DNA of 64,000 nt from Candidatus Omnitrophota bacterium (GTDB lineage: Bacteria; Omnitrophota; Gorgyraeia; JAGLLT01), in assembly GCA_030632085.1 (NCBI GenBank), contig DAOVJY010000001.1, positions 335,402 through 399,401 on the forward strand, given 5' to 3'. A program made the translations under genes and the position numbers. The stretch's first letter is position 1. Every line of letters begins with the position of its first letter. Shown here in pieces: positions 19,105 to 29,658 of this stretch. Below the pieces are notes generated by a model that saw nothing but the letters and a program-made list of their open reading frames with translations, had not been told where the DNA came from and ran no database searches.

Positions 19105-19115
19105 TGTTTTACCCG

Positions 19116-19343
19116 TTATTCCTCTTCAAGGGAAAAAGGTTTACTTGTAAGCTTACCTTCTTCTTTGGTTAGAATTTCTATTTTTTTCTCAGCTTCATTT
19201 AGTTTCTTGCTGCAAAGCTTGATTAATTTTACACCTTCTTCATAAGCCTTAAGCGAATCGTCTAACTCAAGAGAACCGCTTTCTAATTCATCTACTATTT
19301 TTTCAAGGCGCTCTACAGCCTTCTCAAATTTAAGTTCTGCCAT
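19116..19343 (-). CDS. xseB: Exodeoxyribonuclease VII small subunit
   Basis: FEKAVERLEKIVDELESG; adjacent to xseA. Confidence 0.8.
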   Translation of the reverse strand: MAELKFEKAVERLEKIVDELESGSLELDDSLKAYEEGVKLIKLCSKKLNEAEKKIEILTKEEGKLTSKPFSLEEE

Positions 19344-19374
19344 GTATTTTATAACCTCCTGATTTGTACTTTCT

Positions 19375-20733
19375 CTACTTCTTTATTTCATAATTTATCT
19401 TTTTAACAATACTTCTTACGCGGCCGTCTTTAAGTAAAGTTTCTATTTCATCATCTTTTTTGACATCATTAATACTCTTAACAATCTTATTATCCTTATT
19501 GAAACTGATGCCGTACCCCCTGGATAAAACTGCTAGCGGGCTTAAGGCCTCCATTTTCGAAGAAACAGCCGCTAAATCCCTGCCTTTAATATCTATATAC
19601 TGTATTATACCCCTCTTAAAATGCCTGTAAAGGTCCAATAACCTTCTTCGATAATCCCTTAGGATAACCTCCGGCCTTTTAGCCAGAAGCAGGCTGGAAT
19701 ATCTCTTCAGGCGCTCTTGTTTTAAACTGACATAATGGCTGAATGATCTTGATAATAAAACCACAGCCTCATCTAATTCCTGTTTTCTCTGATATACAAG
19801 TTCACCGGGGTCTTTAAAAAAACGGCTATGGCTTAATTTTAAAAGGAGTTTTTCAAGGTTATTTAACGAGTTCTTAAAAACCGCTTGCAGCCTTTTAGAA
19901 TAATTAATTAAGGCGGCATTAAACTCTTTTTCTGAGCCAATGACCACCTCAGCCGCTTTAGTCGGTGTCGCCGCTCTTAAGTCAGCCACAAAATCGCTTA
20001 TAAGATAATCCTTCTGATGGCCTACAGCCGAAATAACCGGTATCTTAGAGTTAAATATAGCTCGAGCCACAATTTCTTCATTAAAAGCCCAGAGATCTTC
20101 TAAGCTTCCGCCGCCGCGGCCAACAATTAAAACATCTATTTCATCTAAAGTATTAAATTCTTCTATAGCCCGGGCAATTTCCTCAGCCGAACCTTCCCCC
20201 TGGACACGCACCGAATTAATTATGAGGTGAACTCTGGAGAAACGTTTATTAATATTATGAACAATGTCTTTTATGGCCGCTCCGGAAGAGGATGTGATTA
20301 TACCGATTTTTTTTGGAAAAAGTGGAATGGGCTTCTTGTGCTTTTCATCAAAGAGGCCCTCTTTCTCCAACCTGGCTTTTAACTGTTCAAAGGCAAGCTG
20401 CAAGGCGCCTAGCCCTTGAGGCTCAATACTTTCAATGTAAATTTGATATTTACCCTGAGGTTGATAAACACCGATACTGCCGAAACATAAAACTTTCTGG
20501 CCGTCTTTAATTTCAAATTTTATTTTTTGTCCGACGTTATTAAAAATAATAGCGCTTAACTGGGCTTTTTCATCTTTTAAAGTCAGATAACTGTGGCCGC
20601 TGAGGGGGTGTTTTTTATAGTTAGAAACTTCCCCTTCTACCCAGATACTACTAAAGGTATTTTTTAAAGTTCCGTTTATTCGGGATGTAATTTCGCTTAT
20701 TGAAAATATTTTTACACCATCAACTGGCTTCAT
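19375..20733 (-). CDS. xseA: Exodeoxyribonuclease VII large subunit
   Basis: OB-fold N-terminus, VGRGGGSLEDLWAFNEE. Confidence 0.85.
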   Translation of the reverse strand: MKPVDGVKIFSISEITSRINGTLKNTFSSIWVEGEVSNYKKHPLSGHSYLTLKDEKAQLSAIIFNNVGQKIKFEIKDGQKVLCFGSIGVYQPQGKYQIYIESIEPQGLGALQLAFEQLKARLEKEGLFDEKHKKPIPLFPKKIGIITSSSGAAIKDIVHNINKRFSRVHLIINSVRVQGEGSAEEIARAIEEFNTLDEIDVLIVGRGGGSLEDLWAFNEEIVARAIFNSKIPVISAVGHQKDYLISDFVADLRAATPTKAAEVVIGSEKEFNAALINYSKRLQAVFKNSLNNLEKLLLKLSHSRFFKDPGELVYQRKQELDEAVVLLSRSFSHYVSLKQERLKRYSSLLLAKRPEVILRDYRRRLLDLYRHFKRGIIQYIDIKGRDLAAVSSKMEALSPLAVLSRGYGISFNKDNKIVKSINDVKKDDEIETLLKDGRVRSIVKKINYEIKK

Positions 20734-21511
20734 CTAACTTTAGCTTTATTCTTTTAATTGACTTTGCTTTACCGGTTTTCTCATCAATGTCGATAAGTAC
20801 ACCCTGAAGCTGGATATTATTTTTAGCCATAGGGAATTTAGCCGGCATGCCGGTTAGAAAATGTTCAAGAACATTATCAATATCTCTGCCCAAGACAGAA
20901 TCAATAGGCCCGGTCATGCCTAAATCGGTAATATAGGCGGTACCTTTAGGAAGTATTATTTCATCCGCCGTCTGAACATGGGTATGCGTTCCCACAACAG
21001 CTGAGACTTTGCCATCTAAAAACCAACCCATAGCTATTTTTTCGCTGGTAGCCTCGGCATGAAAGTCGACAATAATATTAGGCGTTTCTTGGCTTATTTT
21101 CTCCAAAAGCGTATCCATAATTTTAAAAGGGCACCTTAGAGGCTTTAAGAATACGCGGCCTAAGATATTAACCACCGCAATTTTCAGATTACCATTAAGA
21201 GGCAGAATGATATAACCGCAGCCGGGAACTCCCTCGGGGTAATTTGCCGGCCTTAAAAGTTTATTCTCTTTGATTATGTAACTAAGGATATCTTTCTTTT
21301 TAAAGACATGATCCCCTGATGTAACAACATCAACGCCGGCTGAAAATAATTCCGTAGCTGTTTTTTCAGTATAGCCCGATCCACCGGCAGAATTTTCACC
21401 GTTGGCAATAACGAAGTCAACTTCATTTTTCTTCTTCATTTTACCAACGAATTGTTTTATCGCTTGACGTCCGGGCTTACCAACTACATCGCCAATCGCT
21501 AGGATTTTCAT
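20720..21511 (-). CDS. YmdB-like metallophosphoesterase (TIGR00282 family)
   Basis: MKILAIGDVVGKPGR; conserved partner upstream of rny. Confidence 0.75.
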   Translation of the reverse strand: MKILAIGDVVGKPGRQAIKQFVGKMKKKNEVDFVIANGENSAGGSGYTEKTATELFSAGVDVVTSGDHVFKKKDILSYIIKENKLLRPANYPEGVPGCGYIILPLNGNLKIAVVNILGRVFLKPLRCPFKIMDTLLEKISQETPNIIVDFHAEATSEKIAMGWFLDGKVSAVVGTHTHVQTADEIILPKGTAYITDLGMTGPIDSVLGRDIDNVLEHFLTGMPAKFPMAKNNIQLQGVLIDIDEKTGKAKSIKRIKLKLDEAS

Positions 21512-21609
21512 TATTTAGCTTTCAGTTTTCGGCTTTCGATTTTTAGTCGTCAGCATTTTTTAAGTTTTTTGTTTTTTCGCTGTCAACTGATGGCTGAAGG
21601 CTGAAGACT

Positions 21610-23181
21610 TTATTTAGCGTATTCTATAGAACGAGTTTCCCTGATAACCACAACTTTAATCTGTCCGGGATACTCAAGCTCATCTTCAATCTTCTTGGTT
21701 ATCTCTCTAGCTAAACCAACAGTCTCTATGTCTGAAATCTTATCCGGTACAACCATAATTCTTATTTCTCTACCCGCTTGTATAGCGTAAGACTTCTGCA
21801 CACCACTAAAAGTGTTGGCAATACTTTCAAGATTGTTCAAACGCTTGACGTAACTCTCTAAAGTTTCTTTTCTGGCGCCGGGCCTTGACGCGCTAACGGC
21901 ATCAGCCGCCTGGGTCAAAACAGCGTAGAGTGTTTTAGGTTCAGCGCTTTCATGGTGGGCCTCTATAGCATGAACCACTTGATGCGACTCACCATATTTT
22001 TTAGCCAGGTTAGCGCCTATCTGATCATGCGAACCTTCAACCTCATGATCAACCGCCTTACCTATATCGTGTAAAAGTCCTATACGCCTGGCCAGTTTAA
22101 AATCAGATCCTAATTCAGAAGCCATAATACCCATTAGAAAGGCAACCTCTTTAGAGTGTTGTAAAACATTCTGGCCATAACTTGTTCTATATTTGAGTTT
22201 GCCTAATAATCTGATAATCTCGGCATGCAATCCGTGAACGCCGGCATCAAAAGCGGCTTTCTCGCCTTCTTCTCTGATGGTGGCTTCCATTTCTTCTTTA
22301 ACTTTCTTTACAACTTCTTCTATTCGTGCCGGGTGAATTCTTCCATCAGTGATAAGCCGTTGTAAAGAAATGCGGGCAACTTCGCGCCTAACCATATCAA
22401 AACCGGACAAAGTAACCGCACCCGGCGTATCGTCAATAACCACATCAATGCCTGTAGCCATTTCAAAAGCCCTGATGTTTCTACCTTCTCGGCCAATAAT
22501 ACGGCCCTTCATCTCGTCATTAGGTAAACTGACAACGCTAACTGTTGTCTCGGTAGCATGATCCGCCGCGCATCTTTGAATCGCCAAACTAATTATATTC
22601 TTAGCTTTTTTCTCGGCTGTAGTTTTAGCCTCATCTTCTATATTTTTTATCATTATGCTGGCTTCATGCCTGACATCAGACTCCATACGTTTTAATAAAA
22701 GATTCTTGGCCTCATCAGCGCTTAATCTGGAAATACTCTGAAGCTTCTCTTTTTCTTCTTCAAGAAGATTGTTTAACTCAACGCCTTTTAACTGAACATT
22801 TTTTTCTTTTTCTTGAATTGATGCTTCTAATACAACTACATCTCTTTCTTTCTTATCTAAGATATCAACTTTCCTATCAATATTATCCTCTTTTTGCACA
22901 AGACGTTTTTCAAGCCGCTCTAATTCCTGGCGCTTTTCTTTTGTTTGTTCTTCAAACTCTGATCTTACACGATAAAGAAGATCTCTACCTTCAAGTTCAA
23001 CTTCTTTTCTTTTTGCTCCTACTTCTTTTTCTGCTTGGTTCAAAATCTGAGTTGCTCTTTCTTCAGCTCCCTTTACTTTACCTTCAGCCATAAGCTTCCT
23101 GATAAAATAGCCGATTAAAAGAAGCACTATGGGAACTGCTATTATTAAAATTTGTTTTAAGATTGGATTTTCAGTTAACAT
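21610..23181 (-). CDS. rny: Ribonuclease Y
   Basis: N-terminal TM, coiled coil, KH (IIGREGRNIRAFE) and HD (HDIGK) domains. Confidence 0.9.
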   Translation of the reverse strand: MLTENPILKQILIIAVPIVLLLIGYFIRKLMAEGKVKGAEERATQILNQAEKEVGAKRKEVELEGRDLLYRVRSEFEEQTKEKRQELERLEKRLVQKEDNIDRKVDILDKKERDVVVLEASIQEKEKNVQLKGVELNNLLEEEKEKLQSISRLSADEAKNLLLKRMESDVRHEASIMIKNIEDEAKTTAEKKAKNIISLAIQRCAADHATETTVSVVSLPNDEMKGRIIGREGRNIRAFEMATGIDVVIDDTPGAVTLSGFDMVRREVARISLQRLITDGRIHPARIEEVVKKVKEEMEATIREEGEKAAFDAGVHGLHAEIIRLLGKLKYRTSYGQNVLQHSKEVAFLMGIMASELGSDFKLARRIGLLHDIGKAVDHEVEGSHDQIGANLAKKYGESHQVVHAIEAHHESAEPKTLYAVLTQAADAVSASRPGARKETLESYVKRLNNLESIANTFSGVQKSYAIQAGREIRIMVVPDKISDIETVGLAREITKKIEDELEYPGQIKVVVIRETRSIEYAK

Positions 23182-23271
23182 ATCTATACAAACACCTCCT
23201 TAGCTTGATCTACATATCGAGCATTTAGTGAAATTATAAATATTCAGAAATTTTTTGAAAGTTGATAGATA

Positions 23272-23835
23272 TTAATTAGAGATAATCTCTTTAACCGCGA
23301 TATCGCGGGATGAAGTGGGTATATTATCGACTAATTGAAAGTCGAAGGCTAAGCCAATAGTGAGCGCACTTTCTGGAATTTTAGAAAGAAATCTGTCATA
23401 GTATCCTGTGCCGCGCCCTAAGCGATAACCTCTCAAATCAAAAGCCACGCCTGGCACTATAATTAAATCTATTTTTTTTAACGGAACGGGCCTGACAAAA
23501 TCACTCTTTGGTTGAAGTATTCCATAGGGCCCCTTACTTAATTCCTTATCAAAATCTACCAGCAATGATGCGATTAACTTGTTTTGGCTTACCACTGTTA
23601 TAGGTACCGCTATCTTTTTCCCACTTTTAAGTGAATCTCTAATCATTTGTTCTGTATTAACTTCAAAGTCTTCTGAAATATAAAACATCACTGTATCCGC
23701 GATTTTAAATTTCTCATGCGCATACAGCCTCCCCTTAATTTTTTCGCTCTTCAATCTCCTTTGTTCTTTATCCTGACTTCTTAATTTCTTAAGAAGTTCC
23801 TGTCTTATATTCTTTTTCTTTTCTTTAACATCCAC
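23272..23835 (-). CDS. 5-formyltetrahydrofolate cyclo-ligase
   Basis: VPGVAFD..GYRLGRGTGYYDRFL. Confidence 0.8.
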   Translation of the reverse strand: MDVKEKKKNIRQELLKKLRSQDKEQRRLKSEKIKGRLYAHEKFKIADTVMFYISEDFEVNTEQMIRDSLKSGKKIAVPITVVSQNKLIASLLVDFDKELSKGPYGILQPKSDFVRPVPLKKIDLIIVPGVAFDLRGYRLGRGTGYYDRFLSKIPESALTIGLAFDFQLVDNIPTSSRDIAVKEIISN

Positions 23836-23887
23836 AATCTTATTATATACTAAAAATGGGTAGTGTCAAGAAAATACCCGAAACGCA

Positions 23888-25162
23888 CTAAATAACCTCT
23901 TCCAGAGAACTCATAACCCGGCTAGTAGCTCCTTTTAAGCCTTTGAGGCATTTATATGAATTTTCCCCAACTTCTTTATTTAAGGTATGTTGTGATAAAA
24001 GTTCTCTAATTTTCTCTTCTAACTCTACCTCATTCCCGACCATAAGAGCCCCATTTGCCTTAAGCAAACTCTCCGCCAGATAACGGCAGTTATCCACATG
24101 AGAACCAATAATAATGGGTTTTGAAAAAATAGCCGGTTCCACAAGATTATGGCCTCCTATTTTAGCCATAGTACCTCCCACGAAGCAAACTTCCGATAAG
24201 CTATAGGCCGCTTTTAACTTGCCCATAATATCTAGAATTAAAACATCGGCTCCGGGAGCCGACTCACCCAGCGGCTTACTGTAACTGGTATAGGTCAGAT
24301 CATTCTCGGCCACTAACTGCCTGATATACTCAGCCCTTTTTGTGTGGCGCGGCACAAGGATAAGTTTTAAAGTTTTAAACTCATTTTTAAGTTTCCCGTA
24401 GACCTTAATTAAAATGCTTTCCTCCGGATAATGGGTACTACCGGCACAAACGAGAAGGTCATCATTATTAATGGTAAAAATATTCTTTATCAATTCCTGA
24501 TCTTCTTTAACGTCGGCTATCATCTCAATTATATCAAACTTAGTATTACCGGTCACCTTAACCGCCTTTTTAGCGGCTCCCAACTCCATTATTCTCTTAG
24601 CGTCAGCTTCCGACTGCATCATAAAGAATTTTACTTTCTCAATTAACCTTCCAATAAACCATCTCCCGAAAAGATAACCGCGATAAGACCCCTCTGATAC
24701 GCGCCCGTTAATAAAAACTACCGGGATATTATCTTTATGTAGACGAGATAATAAATTAGGCCAAAGTTCCGTCTCGACTATAATAAATACTTCCGGCTTC
24801 AGAAGGCGGATAACTTTTCTAACAATAAAACTTAAATCTAAAGGTAGATAAATAACACTCACCCTGCCTTTGGCAATTTCTTTCGCACGCGCGTTACCGG
24901 TAGGTGTTACGGTTGAAATAACAATCTTTTTTCCGGGATACTTTTTTATAAGGGCTTCAACCAACGGTTGCGTACTGTTAGCCTCGCCAACACTGACGGC
25001 ATGAATCCAAATAACTTCTTTTCCGCTTAAGCCTTTGAGAATACTATTAGGTATAACTCCCAGGCGCATCATAAACCCCTGATGAAACTTCCGCTTTATA
25101 ATAAATAGGGGTATATATAAAATTAAAAAAACAATAAATAAAAAATCATATAGAATAAACAT
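23888..25162 (-). CDS. waaA: 3-deoxy-D-manno-octulosonic acid (Kdo) transferase
   Basis: IWIHAVSVGE motif. Confidence 0.8.
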   Translation of the reverse strand: MFILYDFLFIVFLILYIPLFIIKRKFHQGFMMRLGVIPNSILKGLSGKEVIWIHAVSVGEANSTQPLVEALIKKYPGKKIVISTVTPTGNARAKEIAKGRVSVIYLPLDLSFIVRKVIRLLKPEVFIIVETELWPNLLSRLHKDNIPVVFINGRVSEGSYRGYLFGRWFIGRLIEKVKFFMMQSEADAKRIMELGAAKKAVKVTGNTKFDIIEMIADVKEDQELIKNIFTINNDDLLVCAGSTHYPEESILIKVYGKLKNEFKTLKLILVPRHTKRAEYIRQLVAENDLTYTSYSKPLGESAPGADVLILDIMGKLKAAYSLSEVCFVGGTMAKIGGHNLVEPAIFSKPIIIGSHVDNCRYLAESLLKANGALMVGNEVELEEKIRELLSQHTLNKEVGENSYKCLKGLKGATSRVMSSLEEVI

Positions 25163-25169
25163 TACTTTC

Positions 25170-26042
25170 TCAGGCTCTGGGATGAGCCTTACTATAAACC
25201 TCCTTTAATCTCTGTGTGGTAATATGGGTGTATATCTGAGTAGAGGATAAATTAGCGTGGCCTAAAAGTTCCTGGACCGAACGTAGGTCAGCTCCTCTAT
25301 CTAAAAGATGAGTCGCGAATGAATGGCGCAGGCTATGAGGCGAAATACCTGTCTTATTACAGAAAACCTTTATATATTTCTCAACAATACGCCTAATGGT
25401 TCTTTGATTTATTCTGCGGCCCCTCTTATTTAAAAAAACTACGCGGCTGCTTTCATTCACAGAAACAACTTTTTTATCCAAATATTGCCTTATAGCCTTT
25501 AAAGCGCTTTCCCCGACGGGGACCAGCCTTTCCTTCTTGCCTTTTCCCCTAACTTTTATGACCCCGCCGATAAAGTCTATATTTTCTATATTAAGGGCAA
25601 CTAGTTCACCTACGCGCATACCGGTTGAATAAAGCGTTTCTAAGATAGCTCTGTCTCTTAGGCCAATTTCAGTATTTTTATCAGGAGCTTCTAAGAGTTT
25701 TATAATTTCATTTTCGGTTAAAAAATTGGGGAGTTTTTTTTCCTGTCTGGGAGTGGCCAGGCTGAGAGCCGGATTAGTCTCAATAAAATTTTCTCTGACA
25801 CAAAACTTAAAAAAAGACCTTAGGACGGCCAGTTTTCTGGCAATTGTCGATTTAGCATAACTCTTCTTTTTCAAGAAAGCCATCCAGGTTCTTAACTTTA
25901 AATGAGTTATCGCCTTTAAATCCTCTGAATTAATAAAAGCGGCAAACTCCTCTAAATCTTTATGATAATTTAAAAGGGTGTAATTGGAAGCATTCTTTTC
26001 AACTTCTAAATAATTAATAAATTTAATTATATATCGTTTCAT
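25170..26042 (-). CDS. Tyrosine recombinase XerC/XerD
   Basis: HSLRHSFATHLL...LLGHANLSSTQIYTH. Confidence 0.85.
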   Translation of the reverse strand: MKRYIIKFINYLEVEKNASNYTLLNYHKDLEEFAAFINSEDLKAITHLKLRTWMAFLKKKSYAKSTIARKLAVLRSFFKFCVRENFIETNPALSLATPRQEKKLPNFLTENEIIKLLEAPDKNTEIGLRDRAILETLYSTGMRVGELVALNIENIDFIGGVIKVRGKGKKERLVPVGESALKAIRQYLDKKVVSVNESSRVVFLNKRGRRINQRTIRRIVEKYIKVFCNKTGISPHSLRHSFATHLLDRGADLRSVQELLGHANLSSTQIYTHITTQRLKEVYSKAHPRA

Positions 26043-26050
26043 AAGAAACT

Positions 26051-28018
26051 TTATTCGTCCGGCAGTTTATTGCTGATATGGGTGCATTTGGGATAATTGG
26101 TGCATCCATAAAACATCCTGCCTCTTTTTGAACGGCGCTGAACAAGCCGTCCGTCACAGCCTTCCTCCGGACAAGCAACACCGCTATCCAGGGATTTGGC
26201 ATTTTTACACTTAGGAAAACCGGAACAACTCAAAAATTTACCATGACGAGACCACTTGATAACCATGGGCAGCCCGCATTTCTCACAAACTTCATCGGTC
26301 TTGATAACTTCTTTTTTGACATCCCGCATCTTAACCTTGGCTACATCTAAATCTTTGGCAAAAGGTGTATAAAATTTACTTAATAACTCTCGCCAGCCCA
26401 GGTCTCCCCGCTCAACCTTATCCAGCTCTTCTTCCATCTTAGCTGTAAACTTTTTATCCAAAACATCAGGGAAATTATCCATCAATAAATCATTGACTAA
26501 TATGCCTAATTCAGTCGGCGTAAGTGAGCGTTTCTGACGCTCAACATAATGCCGTATAATTAATGTCCTGATGGTCGGCGCGTACGTCGAAGGCCTGCCG
26601 ATACCTTCTTCTTCTAAAGCTTTAATCAGGCTGGCATCGGTATACCTGGCCGGCGGCTGGGTAAAGTGTTGTGAAGGTATTAGTTCTATTAAATTAAGCG
26701 TTTCGCCTTTTTCTATATCAGGCAAAAGCTTACTCTCTTCGTTTTGCTCATTATCCTTAAAAACTTTCATGTGGCCCTCAAAAATGATTTTTAAACCCGT
26801 GGCCTTAAAACTACAGTTATCCGCTTTAATGACAACTGAAGTCAGAGCCACTTGAGCTTCTTTCATACAGGCGGCCACAAATCTTTCCCAGATGAGCTTA
26901 TAAAGTAGAAATTGTTCTTTAGATAAATGTTTTTCAATGCTCTGCGGCGTACGCCAAACTGATGTCGGCCTGATGCTCTCATGGGCCTCTTGGGCGCTCT
27001 TTTTAGATTTATAAATCCTGAATTTTTCAGGTAAAAACTCCTTGCCGAAAGTCTTGGAAATATAATCACGCGCCTGCGTCTGAGCTACATTGGAAATAGC
27101 TACCGAGTCGGTTCTCATATAAGTAATTAAACCTGTGCTGCCCTCTTCATCCAAGCTAATACCTTCATAAAGCTTCTGAGCAATAATCATAGTTTTTGAA
27201 GCCGTATACCGTAAAGTATTAAATGCCGCTTGCTGAAGGCTGCTGGTTATAAAGGGTGGCTTAGGATTTCTTTTTTGAATCTTTTTGGTAACGCTTTCAA
27301 CTATAAAGTCAGTTGTTTTAAGCCTGGCGGTTAACTCTACTGCTGTTTTCTCATCTTTTATTTCGGCCTTCTCATTGTTTATCTTCTCTAATTTGGCATT
27401 GAAAGTCCTATTTTGATTTTCTTTTTTAGATAAGTCAGCTGTCAACTGCCAATATTCTTCTTTTATAAAAGCGTTTATTTCTCGCTCACGAACTACCAGG
27501 ATATTTAAAGCGGCTGATTGTACTCTACCGGCACTTAAACCCCGCCCGACCTTTTTCCAGAGAAGCGGACTTAGCTGATAACCAACTATCCTATCTAAAA
27601 TACGCCTGGCCTGCTGAGCATTAACTCTATTGATATTAATTTCACTTGAATGGTTAAAACCATCCAGAACAGTATCCTTACTCAACTCATTAAAAACCAC
27701 CCTTTTGATTATCGGGCCTTTTTTAATTATGTGGGCTATATGCCAGGCAATAGCTTCTCCTTCTCTATCGGGGTCGCAGGCCAAAAAGAGAATATCTTTA
27801 CCTTTGGCGCTTTTTTTGATTCGGGAGACGATCTTCGTTTTACCTGTAATTATCTTATACTCAGGTTCAAAACCATTTTCTATATCAACTCCTATTTGAC
27901 TTTTGGGAAGATCTCTAAGATGTCCCCCGCAAGCTTCAACTTCATAATCACTATTTAAAAACTTACTGATTGTCTTAACTTTTGTGGGTGACTCAACGAT
28001 CACTAGATATTTAGACAA
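26051..28018 (-). CDS. topA: DNA topoisomerase I (short form, C-terminal zinc ribbons)
   Basis: Toprim MSKYLVIVESPTKVKTI...; C-term CEKCG...CSGFPKC. Confidence 0.85.
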   Translation of the reverse strand: MSKYLVIVESPTKVKTISKFLNSDYEVEACGGHLRDLPKSQIGVDIENGFEPEYKIITGKTKIVSRIKKSAKGKDILFLACDPDREGEAIAWHIAHIIKKGPIIKRVVFNELSKDTVLDGFNHSSEININRVNAQQARRILDRIVGYQLSPLLWKKVGRGLSAGRVQSAALNILVVREREINAFIKEEYWQLTADLSKKENQNRTFNAKLEKINNEKAEIKDEKTAVELTARLKTTDFIVESVTKKIQKRNPKPPFITSSLQQAAFNTLRYTASKTMIIAQKLYEGISLDEEGSTGLITYMRTDSVAISNVAQTQARDYISKTFGKEFLPEKFRIYKSKKSAQEAHESIRPTSVWRTPQSIEKHLSKEQFLLYKLIWERFVAACMKEAQVALTSVVIKADNCSFKATGLKIIFEGHMKVFKDNEQNEESKLLPDIEKGETLNLIELIPSQHFTQPPARYTDASLIKALEEEGIGRPSTYAPTIRTLIIRHYVERQKRSLTPTELGILVNDLLMDNFPDVLDKKFTAKMEEELDKVERGDLGWRELLSKFYTPFAKDLDVAKVKMRDVKKEVIKTDEVCEKCGLPMVIKWSRHGKFLSCSGFPKCKNAKSLDSGVACPEEGCDGRLVQRRSKRGRMFYGCTNYPKCTHISNKLPDE

Positions 28019-28019
28019 C

Positions 28020-29165
28020 TTACTCTCCCGTATTAAGTTTCGTGAATTTACCGCCGGAAGTCTGCTCTATGATGCCTTTTACTTCAAGCGCTGTTAAATT
28101 ATCTTTAAGCCCTTCTTCTTTACCATTAAAGCAGGTAACCAGTTCTTGATAAGTTCTGGGTTGGAGGCTTATTAGTTCATATAGGCTCTCCCGCGTCACT
28201 TTAGATTGCGGCTCAAAAGAAGCCATATGCTTATCCTGGGTAATTGTCCCACTTTTTGGAACATATTGCAAATATTTTTTAACTTCGGGATTTAATTCCT
28301 CTATAACATCCTGGGCGCTTTGGATAAGAATAGCTCCTTGTTTTATGAGTTCATTCGTCCCTTGAGATGAGAAAAGCCCGGCTCTATGAGGTATGGCAAA
28401 AACATCCCTTCCTTGTTCCAGGGCCATATTAGCTGTAATTAGTGAACCGCTTTTCTTTCTGGCCTCAACAACCACCACTCCTAAAGATAAACCGCTGATA
28501 ATTCTGTTTCTTCGTGGAAAATTATACCTGTAAGGTGGACAGTTTAAGGGAAATTCGGAAATAACCGCTCCGTTTGAAGTCACTTCATTATAAAGCTTCT
28601 CATTTTCAGGCGGATATATCCTCAAAAGGCCGCTGCCCAAAATAGCCAATGTCCGTCCTTTGACAGAAAGGGCGCCCTGATGAGCCTGAGTATCTATGCC
28701 CCTGGCTAAACCGGAAACTATAGTAATGCCTTCTTTAGCTAAATTGATACTTATTGTGCGGGCCATTTTAAGGCCGTATTCTGAAGACTTGCGCGAACCA
28801 ACAACCGCTAAGGATAACTTGTCTGTTTCTAAATAGTAACCTTTAACATATAAAACAATAGGCGGATCGTGTATCTGCCTTAGTACGGAGGGATAAGCTT
28901 TATCCTGGATAGTAATGATATTAATTTTATGCTTATCTATTAAATTTAGTTCTTGTGGAAAAACCTTTGATGAAAGAAAGGATGATATTGTCCGGGCTGT
29001 TTTAAAATTTATACCTGAAACGCTCCTAAGTTCAACCGTAGAAGCTTTAAAAATGGCAGAGGGAATTTTATAATATTCAAGTAATTTTTGAACCTTTAAA
29101 GTGTTGAGGCCCTCAATCATATTTAAGGCAATTAAGTAATCTCTAGACTCCATTATCCGCTTCAA
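28020..29165 (-). CDS. dprA: DNA processing protein DprA (Smf)
   Basis: VVGSRKSSEYGLKMARTI...GLARGIDTQAH. Confidence 0.85.
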   Translation of the reverse strand: MKRIMESRDYLIALNMIEGLNTLKVQKLLEYYKIPSAIFKASTVELRSVSGINFKTARTISSFLSSKVFPQELNLIDKHKINIITIQDKAYPSVLRQIHDPPIVLYVKGYYLETDKLSLAVVGSRKSSEYGLKMARTISINLAKEGITIVSGLARGIDTQAHQGALSVKGRTLAILGSGLLRIYPPENEKLYNEVTSNGAVISEFPLNCPPYRYNFPRRNRIISGLSLGVVVVEARKKSGSLITANMALEQGRDVFAIPHRAGLFSSQGTNELIKQGAILIQSAQDVIEELNPEVKKYLQYVPKSGTITQDKHMASFEPQSKVTRESLYELISLQPRTYQELVTCFNGKEEGLKDNLTALEVKGIIEQTSGGKFTKLNTGE

Positions 29166-29658
29166 AAAAATGATTTATGACCTCTTCGGCCACTTGTTTT
29201 ATAGAAAGTTTGCCGGTCTCAATTACGTAATCAGCCTTTTTGTAAAAAGGTTTTCTTTTTTTTAATAACTCTTCTATTTCTATTTGGGGGTTGTCTACGT
29301 TTAAAAGCGGGCGGTGCTTCTGGTCTTTTATTCTTTGGTAAATTACTTCAGGCTCCGCCTTAAGGCAAATTAACAGCCCCGAATCTTTCATGAGCCTGAT
29401 ATTTTCTTTATCAATAACCACTCCCCCTCCGCAGGACACCACCTGATTATCATCAAGCCCAATTTCTCTTATGGCTTCTTTTTCTGTTTTTCTGAAATAG
29501 TCCTCACCGCTGTTTTTAAATATATCGTTTATACTGCGGCCCTCTTTTTTTTCAATAAGCTCATCTATTTCGACATATTTTAAATTAGTAGTTTCGGATA
29601 TCTCCTTAGCTACGGCTGTTTTGCCGCTACCCATAAAACCCACTATATATAAATTCAT
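29143..29658 (-). CDS. aroK: Shikimate kinase
   Basis: IVGFMGSGKT P-loop. Confidence 0.85.
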   Translation of the reverse strand: MNLYIVGFMGSGKTAVAKEISETTNLKYVEIDELIEKKEGRSINDIFKNSGEDYFRKTEKEAIREIGLDDNQVVSCGGGVVIDKENIRLMKDSGLLICLKAEPEVIYQRIKDQKHRPLLNVDNPQIEIEELLKKRKPFYKKADYVIETGKLSIKQVAEEVINHFFEADNGV